From positions 1-62,264 of the IMG/VR virus record IMGVR_UViG_3300015078_000002: a stretch of 62,264 nucleotides of DNA; one strand, given 5' to 3'. The notes beneath the pieces are model-generated. The model was given only the letters and a program-made list of their open reading frames with translations, did not search any database and was not told the DNA's origin. The position numbers and the translations under genes are program-made. The DNA is from a virus. Of the stretch, positions 1 through 7,207 are shown piece after piece; positions within the stretch are counted from its first letter, which is position 1, and each line of letters begins with the position of its first letter.

Positions 1-55
1 CGTAGCCGTCGCCGTCGCCGTCGCCGTTGCCGTAGCCGTAGCCGTCGCCGTCGCC
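1..55. repeat. Terminal direct repeat, identical to 62210-62264 (circular-assembly type overlap)
   Basis: The 55-mer CGTAGCCGTCGCCGTCGCCGTCGCCGTTGCCGTAGCCGTAGCCGTCGCCGTCGCC occurs at both window ends. Compared base by base. Confidence 0.9.
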
Positions 56-220
56 GTTGCCGTAGCCGTAGCCGTTGCCGTAGCCGTCGCCGTCGCCGTT
101 GCCGTCGCCGTTGCCGTAGCCGTTGCCGTAGCCGTAGCCGTTGCCGTAGCCGTCGCCGTAGCCGTCGCCGTAGCCGTTGCCGTAGCCGTTGCCGTAGCCG
201 TAGCCGTAGCCGTAGCCGTT
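1..220. repeat. Tandem hexanucleotide repeat (GCCGTN)n, N = A/C/T, 37 units; the same repeat resumes at 62172-62264
   Basis: Read directly: position 1 is the last C of a GCC, followed by 36 x (GTN GCC) and a final GTT ending at 220. N is never G. Coding on the minus strand as GGC-NAC codon pairs. Confidence 0.95.
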
Positions 221-235
221 GACTAGGGCGCTCAC
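1..235 (-). CDS. X-Gly dipeptide-repeat protein, 5' portion (continues through the contig junction to the stop at 62061)
   Basis: GTG at 235-233 overlaps the upstream stop (GTGA). Reads MSALV then N-G-Y-G-Y-G and so on. The frame is open to position 1 and, after removing the 55-nt overlap, runs from 62209 to TGA 62063-62061 (235+149 = 384 nt, 127 aa). Confidence 0.6.
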   Translation of the reverse strand, partial: MSALVNGYGYGYGYGNGYGNGYGDGYGDGYGNGYGYGNGYGNGDGNGDGDGYGNGYGYGNGDGDGYGYGNGDGDGDGY

Positions 236-501
236 GACTTCCTCTTGCGCAACTTCAACCACACCTCGTCGTTGCAGTCGATCTGCCCGCACACCGCGAG
301 CACGTGCACCCGGACCACGCCGTAGTGATCCAGCACAGCGTCGGGCGTGGGACCGTTGAGGGCGATCTCGCCCAACCCTTTCGTGGTTCCCCACCGGCGG
401 ATATTCTGGCAGTCCTCGATGACCAGTTGGTCGGCTTCGCGCCTCGTCCTGCCGACGTAGACCCAACCGCGCTCGGCGATGATGATGTTGTATTCGCTCA
501 T
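232..501 (-). CDS. Hypothetical protein (89 aa)
   Basis: ATG 501, MSEYNIIIAERGWVYVGR... Strong G/C third-position bias. The R/S-rich N-terminal extension in the ORF track was rejected. Stop overlaps the next start. Confidence 0.7.
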   Translation of the reverse strand: MSEYNIIIAERGWVYVGRTRREADQLVIEDCQNIRRWGTTKGLGEIALNGPTPDAVLDHYGVVRVHVLAVCGQIDCNDEVWLKLRKRKS

Positions 502-507
502 TGGTGC

Positions 508-537
508 GTTTATAGCGTTGCTACGAGACGCGGTCAA
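508..537 (-). promoter_or_regulatory. Sigma70-like promoter candidate with ATAAAC-type -10 box
   Basis: Minus strand: TTGACC (537-532), 17-nt spacer, TATAAA (514-509), then 7 nt to ATG 501 with no Shine-Dalgarno. Spacer carries GTAGC-N6-ATAAAC (524-508). Confidence 0.5.
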
Positions 538-730
538 GCGCCGCGTACAAGTCATCCAGCGCCGTCACAGCGGCCTTGCGCGCCGCGAGCACCACGAAAA
601 CGGCTTCATCGCTCGAGCCGAGCAGGCTCACGCTCTCGTTGTGCGCTTGGTTCGCGGCTCGCAAAACCAGCGCTGCCTCGACCACGACCATCGCCTCACT
701 TGGCGTGTAATTTGTGGGCTGCATTCCCAT
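521..730 (-). CDS. Hypothetical protein (69 aa)
   Basis: ATG 730, MGMQPTNYTPSEAMVVVEAALVLRAANQ... Helical-looking, good GC3. The TAG stop lies inside the GTAGC half of the downstream motif. Confidence 0.6.
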   Translation of the reverse strand: MGMQPTNYTPSEAMVVVEAALVLRAANQAHNESVSLLGSSDEAVFVVLAARKAAVTALDDLYAALDRVS

Positions 731-735
731 TCTCG

Positions 736-765
736 GTTTACTCCACTTCAGACATCAGTTTGCAA
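736..765 (-). promoter_or_regulatory. Sigma70-like promoter candidate with GTAAAC -10 box
   Basis: Minus strand: TTGCAA (765-760), 18-nt spacer, GTAAAC (741-736), 5 nt, ATG 730. No SD. Confidence 0.4.
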
Positions 766-1138
766 CTACTTGATTACGCTCACCCCTCACCGTCACCATC
801 CCATCCCATGTATTCCTTAGATTCTCGGCACCTAGCACCACGGTCTTGTAGACCGGATGGCGCTGGCACCAACGTATAATCAGGCGGATACGGTCGAACG
901 CGTGACCGTCTAACCTGTGCATATCATTCAGTATCGACGCCCAACGTCGCACCGTATCATCGCGTAATCGTTGAGACGCTTTTGCGAGGAAACCGTGCGG
1001 ATTGTTCTGCACTATTAATGATGCGAGGATCCTGGCCAGCGCCACAGCCTTGCGGTCGATGCCTGGGTCAACCGACAGACGTGTCTGTTTTGCCACCTGG
1101 CTTGACCGTGGCGCTCGTTTTGTTGCTTTGGCGGTCAT
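755..1138 (-). CDS. Hypothetical protein (127 aa)
   Basis: ATG 1138 in an ATGA overlap with the upstream stop. MTAKATKRAPRSSQVAKQ...RIRLIIRWCQRHPVYK. The longer track start at 1219 was rejected. Confidence 0.65.
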   Translation of the reverse strand: MTAKATKRAPRSSQVAKQTRLSVDPGIDRKAVALARILASLIVQNNPHGFLAKASQRLRDDTVRRWASILNDMHRLDGHAFDRIRLIIRWCQRHPVYKTVVLGAENLRNTWDGMVTVRGERNQVVAN

Positions 1139-1422
1139 CGGTGAGGGTCCCGATTGCGATGCGTCTGAGGCGATTCTACTGGCGGTCGATAGGCCATGGC
1201 GTGACCGATCGACGGGCAACTCGCGGTCAGCCAGGCGAGATCGCGATGCGGCGCGCCGGCTGCGATCAGGACCCCGCGGATCTCGGCACGCGTGAAAGCG
1301 TCGACCGGTTCAACGGCCTCGATTCGGTTGAGTCGCGATTCCGTCTTCGTCGGTTCGTCGAGAGTGATCCCGACGGCTTCGAGCTCGAGCCGCAGGAACT
1401 CGCTTGCTCCTCGGAAGCTCAC
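1135..1422 (-). CDS. Hypothetical protein (95 aa)
   Basis: GTG 1422 in a GTGA overlap with the loader-gene stop. SFRGASEFLRLELEAVGITLDEPTK... This is the C-terminal in-frame part of track ORF 1135..2043. Confidence 0.6.
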   Translation of the reverse strand: MSFRGASEFLRLELEAVGITLDEPTKTESRLNRIEAVEPVDAFTRAEIRGVLIAAGAPHRDLAWLTASCPSIGHAMAYRPPVESPQTHRNRDPHR

Positions 1423-1991
1423 GGTTTCTCCGAGCCAATCAGCTTGAATACCGCCTGCAACGCGGTCGACATTCCGAGCGGTTTCCCAGCCGGCAACTCG
1501 GGCCTCGCCGCTCGAAGTCTGGCCTGCGCCGGCAACCCTTCGGCAAGGGTATTCACTCGGTAACTGTCGGACAGATCTTCGTAGAGCTCGGTGAACCTGG
1601 CGCGATCCGCGACGCTGTTCTCGCTCTGGCAAAGCTCCTGCCAGCCGAGCATGAGCACGCATCGCAGGACGAGCGGGTCCTGAAAATCGAAGTCCACACC
1701 GGGCTGGCGATAGGACCCGAACCGCTTGATCGCCGAGAGAACGAGCCCCCATGCTTGACCGCCAGGCATCTTGTCGCCGGTCTGCAGCACGAGGCACGCG
1801 TCGCGAATCTCGGCGATCGTCGGCAGGAACTTCGACGTCGCGAGCAACCGCTCGATGGCGGCATTCGCGACCGCGTAGTCGAGATCGGCGAGCATGCTCT
1901 CGTAGGACATGCTCGTCCCGAGCGTCGCTTTCGACGACGGAAACGCCGCGAGCAGAACAGAAACCAGCTTGTTGACTTCGAGGTCGGTCAT
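1419..1991 (-). CDS. Replicative helicase loader, G39P-like N-terminal domain
   Basis: MTDLEVNKLVSVLLAAFPSS...LLATSKFLPTIAEIRDACL resembles the SPP1 G39P loader family (recall level). ATGA overlap with the initiator gene. Confidence 0.6.
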   Translation of the reverse strand: MTDLEVNKLVSVLLAAFPSSKATLGTSMSYESMLADLDYAVANAAIERLLATSKFLPTIAEIRDACLVLQTGDKMPGGQAWGLVLSAIKRFGSYRQPGVDFDFQDPLVLRCVLMLGWQELCQSENSVADRARFTELYEDLSDSYRVNTLAEGLPAQARLRAARPELPAGKPLGMSTALQAVFKLIGSEKP

Positions 1992-2983
1992 TTTTTCTCT
2001 CCGTTGGCTGCGGCCACTCGGTCGCGTTCTTCGAGGGCTGCAACGCGTTCCATCTGCAGCTCCCAGGGTGACTTCTCGCTCGACGATTTCGCTCGCTGCG
2101 GTGGCTTGCGCGCTTCGTCGATGGTCATGTCGACGTCGCGCATCGCGTGCTTCGGATCCCAGATCACCGACGGCTTGAACCACTTCCGAGCCCGCTCGCG
2201 GATGGCGACAGCCTCGGATACACGCACGATGTGGCGCATTTTCTCGTCGACGATCTCGGGTGAGTAGCCTGAATCGCGAAGCTGCCGCTCGCATGCGAGA
2301 ACGTTTTTCTCGTGCTCACCAGCGAGGGTTTTTCCGAACGAGGGCGCGTTGGGTTCGATCCCGGCCGCCTTGATTCGGAGATCGGCGTCCAGCATCTCCT
2401 GCCACCAGGCCTGACGCGTGGCCCACCCGCTGGCCGGGCGTACCGTGCGCGCTCTCTCTCTCTCGGGATCCGGATCCGGAACAAGAGCAAGATCCGGAAC
2501 CGGATCCGGAGCAGCATCCGGAACCGGATCCGGAGGGTTCACCGGACCTTGAGGTGACCTTCGCGGTGACCTTGAGGTCTTAGTGAAGGTCACCTTCGCG
2601 TTTCGCTGAAGGTCACCTTCGCGCTTATTTCTTCGTGATTCACCACTCTTAACTCCACCGTCTCTACCGGTGGCCTCCCTTGTCGCGAGGTACGCAATGC
2701 GGTCGGATGCCCCTTTTATTCGCACCCTATGTAGAGGTTCGTGGTGGCTATCTCTATATAGGGTCGCCAACTGAACGGCTATCATCTGGTCCGCGAATCC
2801 GTCCTGCTCGGCCGCGATGTCGACGTCCCGTTGGTCCATGATGTCGTCTACACGGTCGTACACCACCGCATAAACGTCTATCAGGCGGCCGACCGCCTCC
2901 TGTCTCCGCCACCCGAAGAATCGCGCGAGCCGAATGACCCTCGGGTCACGCAGCATCTTGTCGTCGACGGATATGCGAGCCAC
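1988..2983 (-). CDS. Replication initiator / replisome organizer candidate
   Basis: GTG 2983 directly follows the RHH stop. 331 aa with a PDPVPD-type linker. An iteron cluster and palindromic repeats lie inside the gene (lambda O-like layout). It sits upstream of the loader. Confidence 0.5.
   Translation of the reverse strand: MARISVDDKMLRDPRVIRLARFFGWRRQEAVGRLIDVYAVVYDRVDDIMDQRDVDIAAEQDGFADQMIAVQLATLYRDSHHEPLHRVRIKGASDRIAYLATREATGRDGGVKSGESRRNKREGDLQRNAKVTFTKTSRSPRRSPQGPVNPPDPVPDAAPDPVPDLALVPDPDPERERARTVRPASGWATRQAWWQEMLDADLRIKAAGIEPNAPSFGKTLAGEHEKNVLACERQLRDSGYSPEIVDEKMRHIVRVSEAVAIRERARKWFKPSVIWDPKHAMRDVDMTIDEARKPPQRAKSSSEKSPWELQMERVAALEERDRVAAANGEKK
2466..2535. repeat. Palindrome-rich direct repeats (TCCGGATCCGGA cores)
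   Basis: The 20-nt unit ATCCGGAACCGGATCCGGAG occurs at 2492-2511 and 2516-2535, with a related copy at 2466-2482. It encodes the PDPVPD linker of the initiator. Confidence 0.85.
2547..2623. repeat. Candidate origin iterons (4 x GGTSACCTT)
   Basis: GGTGACCTT at 2553-2561 and 2565-2573. GGTCACCTT at 2588-2596 and 2611-2619. The 17-mer TGAAGGTCACCTTCGCG is repeated exactly (2584-2600, 2607-2623). A locally AT-richer stretch follows at 2624-2660. Confidence 0.55.
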
Positions 2984-3193
2984 CTAGGCCGCCTTGCCGG
3001 CGCGGATGTCCGCCAGTCGAGCCTGCACCGCGTTTCGCACGAACTGCGAGCGTGTCTCGCTGAGTTCGTCGGCAGCAGCGTCGATCTCGATGAGCGTCGA
3101 CGGCGAGATGGCCGTAGAGATAGGAACCTGCTTTTCGAGCGATGGTGCGTCGAGCCGCATGGAGATGCGAACGGATTTCCTTGACCGCGGCAT
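2984..3193 (-). CDS. Ribbon-helix-helix (CopG/Arc-like) DNA-binding protein
   Basis: ATG 3193, MPRSRKSVRISMRLD...STLIEIDAAADELSETRSQFVRNAVQARLA. This is a beta-strand plus helix RHH pattern. The upstream in-frame extension has poor GC3. Confidence 0.6.
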   Translation of the reverse strand: MPRSRKSVRISMRLDAPSLEKQVPISTAISPSTLIEIDAAADELSETRSQFVRNAVQARLADIRAGKAA

Positions 3194-3415
3194 CAGGTGA
3201 CCTCGTCGTCGGGATTTGAGCGAAACAGCGATGGCGACATATTCGCCACGCTCACACGACGGCTCACGCAAAGTCAAGGCCGCGAAAAGGTGCGCTCGTG
3301 CTCGGCAGGCTGTCCTGGCGTCCGGCGGCACCGTGGGTCGCGGTGGCGAACAGCAGCCTTGGCGCGCTACCGCGGCGTGCGATCCTGGTGCGCGAGCCGA
3401 GTTACGAGCGCGAAG

Positions 3416-3637
3416 CTATGACCACGCGTCGACGAGCCGCTTGAGCGCCTCGATCGTGAGCGGGTTCGATCCACGAGACCGCTCGATGAACGATCGGAAC
3501 ACCTCGATATCCTCGAGGGTCGGCGGGACCATGACGAGCGCGGTGTACAGCGCGAGCGACGACTCCGGTGTCCCGTCGATCCCGGCCTGCCCGGCGACCC
3601 ATCCAGCGCGAAACGCATCGGTGATCGGATTCGTCAC
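3416..3637 (-). CDS. Hypothetical protein (73 aa)
   Basis: GTG 3637 preceded by AAGGAGG. TNPITDAFRAGWVAGQAGIDGTPESSLALY... Confidence 0.6.
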   Translation of the reverse strand: MTNPITDAFRAGWVAGQAGIDGTPESSLALYTALVMVPPTLEDIEVFRSFIERSRGSNPLTIEALKRLVDAWS

Positions 3638-3960
3638 TACACAGCCTCCTTGCGCGCGCGCACCTTGGTTGACCCCCACGAGCTCACCGCGACCTTGCCA
3701 CGCGAGACCTCGGAGATCGCGACCGCGAGGTCGCGGCCCGGGGTGTAGTACGCGTTGCGGGCGTTGTAGACCGAGCTGACGCTGATCTTCGTTTTGCGCC
3801 CGTTCGTGATCCGCTTCAGCGCCTCGCCGATCTTCTCGGCGACCGCGGCCGGCGTCAGGTTGCAGTGCGCGAGCCACGCGGCGAAATCGTTGGCCGGCGC
3901 GCGGCTATCGCGGGGCCGACCGCCGGGCTTGGACTTGTTCGTGAGCGGCAAACTTCGCAT
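3637..3960 (-). CDS. HTH DNA-binding protein (Cro/YdaS-like)
   Basis: ATG 3960, MRSLPLTNKSKPGG...LTPAAVAEKIG...ISVSSVYNARNA...AVAISEVSRGKV. HTH-like segment. First gene after a promoter candidate. Confidence 0.5.
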   Translation of the reverse strand: MRSLPLTNKSKPGGRPRDSRAPANDFAAWLAHCNLTPAAVAEKIGEALKRITNGRKTKISVSSVYNARNAYYTPGRDLAVAISEVSRGKVAVSSWGSTKVRARKEAV

Positions 3961-3966
3961 CCCGTT

Positions 3967-3995
3967 GTTTACCGCGTCAGAGTAGGGCGCGTCAA
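3967..3995 (-). promoter_or_regulatory. Sigma70-like promoter candidate with GTAAAC -10 box
   Basis: Minus strand: TTGACG (3995-3990), 17-nt spacer, GTAAAC (3972-3967), 6 nt, ATG 3960. No SD, so leaderless geometry. Confidence 0.5.
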
Positions 3996-4013
3996 GGTCA
4001 CCAGGGGTACGCG

Positions 4014-4349
4014 TCACCAGGTGCCGATCCGTCCGACACGTGGGCTGTCGACAGCCGACCATTCGATGCGCTTCATGCGGATGCGATCATCATCCGACGA
4101 CAACCACAGCAGGCCCTCGGCCACGGGGTCATCGTGCGTCGCGTCCCGTGACAAGTAACACCTCATGCCAAGCACGGTTGTGCCGACCGCGATCGGATCG
4201 ACCTTGATGAAACCAGGCCAATGCTCTGCGCTCTTGAGGATAGACGCGAACACCCATGCGATCTCGCCCATCGACCCCAGCATGATGATTTCGAGCGAAG
4301 CGTCGTCGGCCGCCGAGATCCAGATCCGTTTGGTCGGCGGCGATATCAC
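4014..4349 (-). CDS. Hypothetical protein (111 aa)
   Basis: GTG 4349 in a GTGA overlap. ISPPTKRIWISAADDASLEIIMLGSMGEIAWVF... Confidence 0.6.
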   Translation of the reverse strand: MISPPTKRIWISAADDASLEIIMLGSMGEIAWVFASILKSAEHWPGFIKVDPIAVGTTVLGMRCYLSRDATHDDPVAEGLLWLSSDDDRIRMKRIEWSAVDSPRVGRIGTW

Positions 4350-4507
4350 TTCGCCCTCGGCACTCGCACGACCGCCGCCATCAGCCTCGCGAGGCCGGCG
4401 CGTCGCCTTCGGATCTCGGCGGCCATGCGGGTCATCTCCCATTCCGGCGGCAGATTGCAGATTCTCTCGATCTCGACGTCGGTCAGGTCTGTATCCTTGC
4501 GCGCCAT
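4346..4507 (-). CDS. Hypothetical protein (53 aa)
   Basis: ATG 4507, MARKDTDLTDVEIERICNLPPEWEMTRMAAEIRRRR... Abuts the neighbouring genes. Confidence 0.55.
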   Translation of the reverse strand: MARKDTDLTDVEIERICNLPPEWEMTRMAAEIRRRRAGLARLMAAVVRVPRAK

Positions 4508-5091
4508 CACGACCCACCCTTGCTGATCTCGTTGCGCAGCTGCGCGATCGTGCGATGGAGCGCCTCGAGCTCGAGCGCCGTTGGGCGCTGGCGGGCGAGC
4601 CACCGGATCCTGCCACCCAATGACAAGATCGCGTCGTGCTCGATCGAATGCGGAACACCGGCGGCCATGAGCGCAGCGGCGGCGTCGAAATAGATCTCCG
4701 CGAACTCCATGACCTCGCCGCCGGGGTCCGACAGCACGGCGACGACGTTGGCGACCGCGGCGCGCGCGAGCCGGTCTGGCGTGTGTTCGCCACCGGATGA
4801 GAACGCGTTGCTGATTCCTTCGGTCGCGGCGGCGAGCATGCGAGCCAGTGGCAGGCGGTCCAACAGCTCGCTGGCGAGCGGGGCCAGCTCGACGTCACCA
4901 ACCCCGATGCTCGCCTCGGTGGCAGTTAGCGCGTCGGCGATCCAACCCGGAGCTGGTACCCGTTTTCTCTGTACTCCACCCACCGAGCTTTCTCCGTCTG
5001 TTCGTTCCATGCGAACGGGACGGTCTGCGCAGGGCTGCGGCGGGTCTTTTCCGTTTGCTTCATGCATGTTGGTTCGTCCGATGGAAGTCAT
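4507..5091 (-). CDS. Hypothetical protein (up to 194 aa; start uncertain, 5091 or 5067)
   Basis: Long ORF with good GC3. ...EVMEFAEIYFDAAAALMAAGVPHSIEHDAILSLGGRIRWLARQRP... No family recognised. Confidence 0.6.
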   Translation of the reverse strand: MTSIGRTNMHEANGKDPPQPCADRPVRMERTDGESSVGGVQRKRVPAPGWIADALTATEASIGVGDVELAPLASELLDRLPLARMLAAATEGISNAFSSGGEHTPDRLARAAVANVVAVLSDPGGEVMEFAEIYFDAAAALMAAGVPHSIEHDAILSLGGRIRWLARQRPTALELEALHRTIAQLRNEISKGGS

Positions 5092-5115
5092 TCTACAGGT
5101 TCGGGTGGGGTAGCC

Positions 5116-5379
5116 TCACGGAGCCAGTCTACAGCGCAGTTGGCCGACGTCACGCTCCATTGCGAGGTATGCGCCCACGCGCTCGAGCGCCTCTGGGTTG
5201 TACGCGTGGAGCTTGCGGAGGTCAGAGAACGCCCCGCGGAACAGAACGCCCCCGACGCGCAGGTACTCGTTGGCCCAATACAGGATCTGAACGCGCTCTT
5301 GCGCGAGCAAAGCATCGAACGCGGCAACGATGAGGTCGCACTCTCGGGTGTCGGGACGGGTGACGGCAAGCGGCGGCAT
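5116..5379 (-). CDS. Hypothetical protein (87 aa)
   Basis: ATG 5379 preceded by GAGGG. MPPLAVTRPDTRECDLIVAAFDALLAQERVQILYWANEY... Confidence 0.6.
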   Translation of the reverse strand: MPPLAVTRPDTRECDLIVAAFDALLAQERVQILYWANEYLRVGGVLFRGAFSDLRKLHAYNPEALERVGAYLAMERDVGQLRCRLAP

Positions 5380-5432
5380 GGTGCCCTCGGGACGGTAGCT
5401 ACGGTTGGACAACGTTCTGGATGAGGTGTGCA

Positions 5433-5460
5433 TCAACCGATATGTAGCGCTGCGGTAAAC
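5433..5460 (+). promoter_or_regulatory. Plus-strand copy of the GTAGC-N6-GTAAAC motif with weak -35
   Basis: TCAACC (5433-5438), 5 nt, GTAGC-GCTGCG-GTAAAC (5444-5460). Lies in the divergent control region 5380-5551. Confidence 0.4.
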
Positions 5461-5512
5461 CTATCGCAAGCCCAATCGGTCGAAATCGACATACCCCTAC
5501 GCTACTCCAATC

Positions 5513-5529
5513 GTACCCCTACAGTAAAC
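5513..5529 (+). promoter_or_regulatory. Plus-strand copy of the GTAGC-N6-GTAAAC motif
   Basis: GTACC-CCTACA-GTAAAC, 22 nt upstream of ATG 5552. Confidence 0.4.
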
Positions 5530-5551
5530 CAGTGCGGCCGGTCTAGTAAGC

Positions 5552-5719
5552 ATGTGCAACCGCAATCACACCGCCCTCCGCGCCGACCTGACCCTCTGGC
5601 TGACCCTGCCGCTCGTCGGCATCCAGGTTGTGGAAGCGGACGAGACCGGCCCGGCCGAGCGCATCGAACTCCGCGACTGTTCATGCGGCTCCACGCTGGC
5701 CCGCAAGCTGGCGGACTGA
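5552..5719 (+). CDS. Small hypothetical protein (55 aa)
   Basis: MCNRNHTALRADLTLWLTLPLVGIQVVEADETGPAERIELRDCSCGSTLARKLAD. Below the ORF-track size cut-off. Third positions are almost all G/C. Confidence 0.55.
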   Translation: MCNRNHTALRADLTLWLTLPLVGIQVVEADETGPAERIELRDCSCGSTLARKLAD

Positions 5720-5739
5720 CCGATAGGCGCCGGTCAGTC
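5714..5739 (+). terminator. Hairpin, terminator-like
   Basis: GACTGACCG (5714-5722), 8-nt loop, CGGTCAGTC (5731-5739), followed by GCTAATTCATT. The left arm contains the TGA of the 55-aa ORF. Confidence 0.35.
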
Positions 5740-5777
5740 GCTAATTCATTGACCGGTATTCAGCGTACGGTCTCAGG

Positions 5778-5900
5778 ATGACCGAACCCAAGACCCCGCA
5801 GACCCCCTCCGACCCGAAGACCCCGCAAGGCCCGGCGCATCCGCCAGCCGCCCCGCACAACCCCAGCATCCCGCACTCGCCGACCCCTCACGGCAAGTAG
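5778..5900 (+). CDS. Pro-rich small ORF (40 aa), doubtful
   Basis: MTEPKTPQTPSDPKTPQGPAHPPAAPHNPSIPHSPTPHGK. Contains the 11-nt direct repeat AAGACCCCGCA (5790-5800, 5817-5827). Could be non-coding repeats instead. Confidence 0.3.
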   Translation: MTEPKTPQTPSDPKTPQGPAHPPAAPHNPSIPHSPTPHGK

Positions 5901-5902
5901 CG

Positions 5903-7207
5903 CTACTCCGATTCCCGCTTGGCGACCGTGCACGAGTAGCAAAGCGCCCCAGCCGGCGCAGCGAACTCGACCTCGGTGATCGCCCCGCAACCGGCGCACG
6001 CGCGATCCTCGAATCCCGGCTTGGGTGGCGGCTCGTCCGGCGGAACTTCGGGCTTGGGCTCGACCGGTGCCGGCGCCGCAGCGGGCTTTCCCGTCAGCGC
6101 GCCTTTGAGCGCTGCGGTGCCCTTGCCCGAGCTCGCGCGGGGCGCAACCTTGGCGAGCTCTGCCGGCTGGGTTGGCGGCTTCGGCCCGGCCTGCACCGCC
6201 GGCGTGGGCACCGGCTCCGCGGGTGCGACCGCGACCGGTGCTGCCGTTGGCGTGTCGCCGATTACCTTGCGTCCGCCGATCACCTCCCCGTCCTGCGGCT
6301 TCGCCGGCTTGTCAGCCTCACGCTCCGCGGTGGCCTCGCGTAAAGCGTCCGCCCATGAGGTCTCGCCCTCCTTGATCGCCGCGTGCAGCCCGAGCAGGAG
6401 CTCGCGCTCGGCCGGCGAGATCGTGTCGGTGCTGTGCCCGAGCCACTGCTCAAGCCCCGACGGCTTGACCCCGATCGCGGCGAACGCGTCGAACATCTTG
6501 TTGCGCGCGGCCGTCGGGTCGATCGCCTTGTCGGCGGCGGCGGTGACCTCCTGGCAGATCCGCCGCGCCTCGTCCTGCAGATGCCCGGGCACGATGCGCA
6601 GGATCCCGGTGCGCGACGCCTTCGAGATCTCCGCGTTCTGCTTCGTGCGCACGTCGTCGTCGGTGGCCTCGACGATGAACACGCGGTCCCCGTACGAGTT
6701 CACGCGCTCGCCGAGGGGGCGCTGCCCCTTCCTGAGCTGCTTGCGCTCCACCGTCTTGGGGATCGTGATATCGGTCCGCCATCGCGAGTTGCGCTCGTAG
6801 TCCACCACCTGCACGCGGATCTGACGCACCGCTGCATCGTCGTAGATCACATCGCTCGATGCCTCCATGTTGCCCATGCACCGCATCGCGACCTCGGCGA
6901 ACCGGATCGACAGGCCCTCGATCGTGGTGCCGGCGCGAGGGATCCGGTAGATCGCGACCGCGGCGAACCCCGGGCGCTTGCACTCCGCGATCAGATCCTG
7001 CCGCACGTCGTCGGCGTTGCGCGGCCATCGCTTGGCCATCACGCACGCTGACTCGACGTCGGCGCGCGCCTTGGCGACGAGCGCCTCGATGGCGCCGTTC
7101 TGCGTCTGCAGGCTGCTGCCCTGGAAGTCTTGCCTGGCGATCTGGTTGTCGCGCCGTGGCTGTGTGGTGAGCGCGCCCGATGGCTCGCCGTTCTCGTAGT
7201 CGGTCAT
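5903..7207 (-). CDS. Single-strand annealing protein candidate (RecT/Rad52-type) with C-terminal Zn ribbon
   Basis: ATG 7207 in an ATGA overlap with the exonuclease gene. ...EGLSIRFAEVAMRCMGNMEASSDVIYDD... A Pro/Ala-rich linker is followed by CAGC...CYSC. The call rests mainly on pairing with the YqaJ exonuclease. Confidence 0.5.
   Translation of the reverse strand: MTDYENGEPSGALTTQPRRDNQIARQDFQGSSLQTQNGAIEALVAKARADVESACVMAKRWPRNADDVRQDLIAECKRPGFAAVAIYRIPRAGTTIEGLSIRFAEVAMRCMGNMEASSDVIYDDAAVRQIRVQVVDYERNSRWRTDITIPKTVERKQLRKGQRPLGERVNSYGDRVFIVEATDDDVRTKQNAEISKASRTGILRIVPGHLQDEARRICQEVTAAADKAIDPTAARNKMFDAFAAIGVKPSGLEQWLGHSTDTISPAERELLLGLHAAIKEGETSWADALREATAEREADKPAKPQDGEVIGGRKVIGDTPTAAPVAVAPAEPVPTPAVQAGPKPPTQPAELAKVAPRASSGKGTAALKGALTGKPAAAPAPVEPKPEVPPDEPPPKPGFEDRACAGCGAITEVEFAAPAGALCYSCTVAKRESE

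Noticed and set aside
1-220. Terminal repeats considered as a possible CRISPR array
   Set aside because: The period is 6 nt with no spacers. The tract is one continuous codon repeat inside an ORF, and no cas genes are present.
304-879. Long ORFs in the supplied track on the opposite strand or in alternative frames. Examples: 304..879 +, 5976..6800 +, 7354..8358 +, 12337..13164 +, 28068..29240 -, 33044..34375 -, 52800..54299 -, and most of 39248..41035 +.
   Set aside because: Their translations are Arg/Pro/Ala/Gly-rich with no protein-like texture. They overlap clean high-GC3 genes with recognisable families, which is a typical high-GC artefact. Only the last 312 nt of 39248..41035 (from ATG 40724) was kept.
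3194-3331. N-terminal extension of the RHH gene (track ORF 2984..3331)
   Set aside because: The extension has mixed third positions and an Arg/Cys-rich translation. The RHH fold starts right after ATG 3193. Treated as the 222-nt upstream regulatory region, for which I could not define a convincing promoter.
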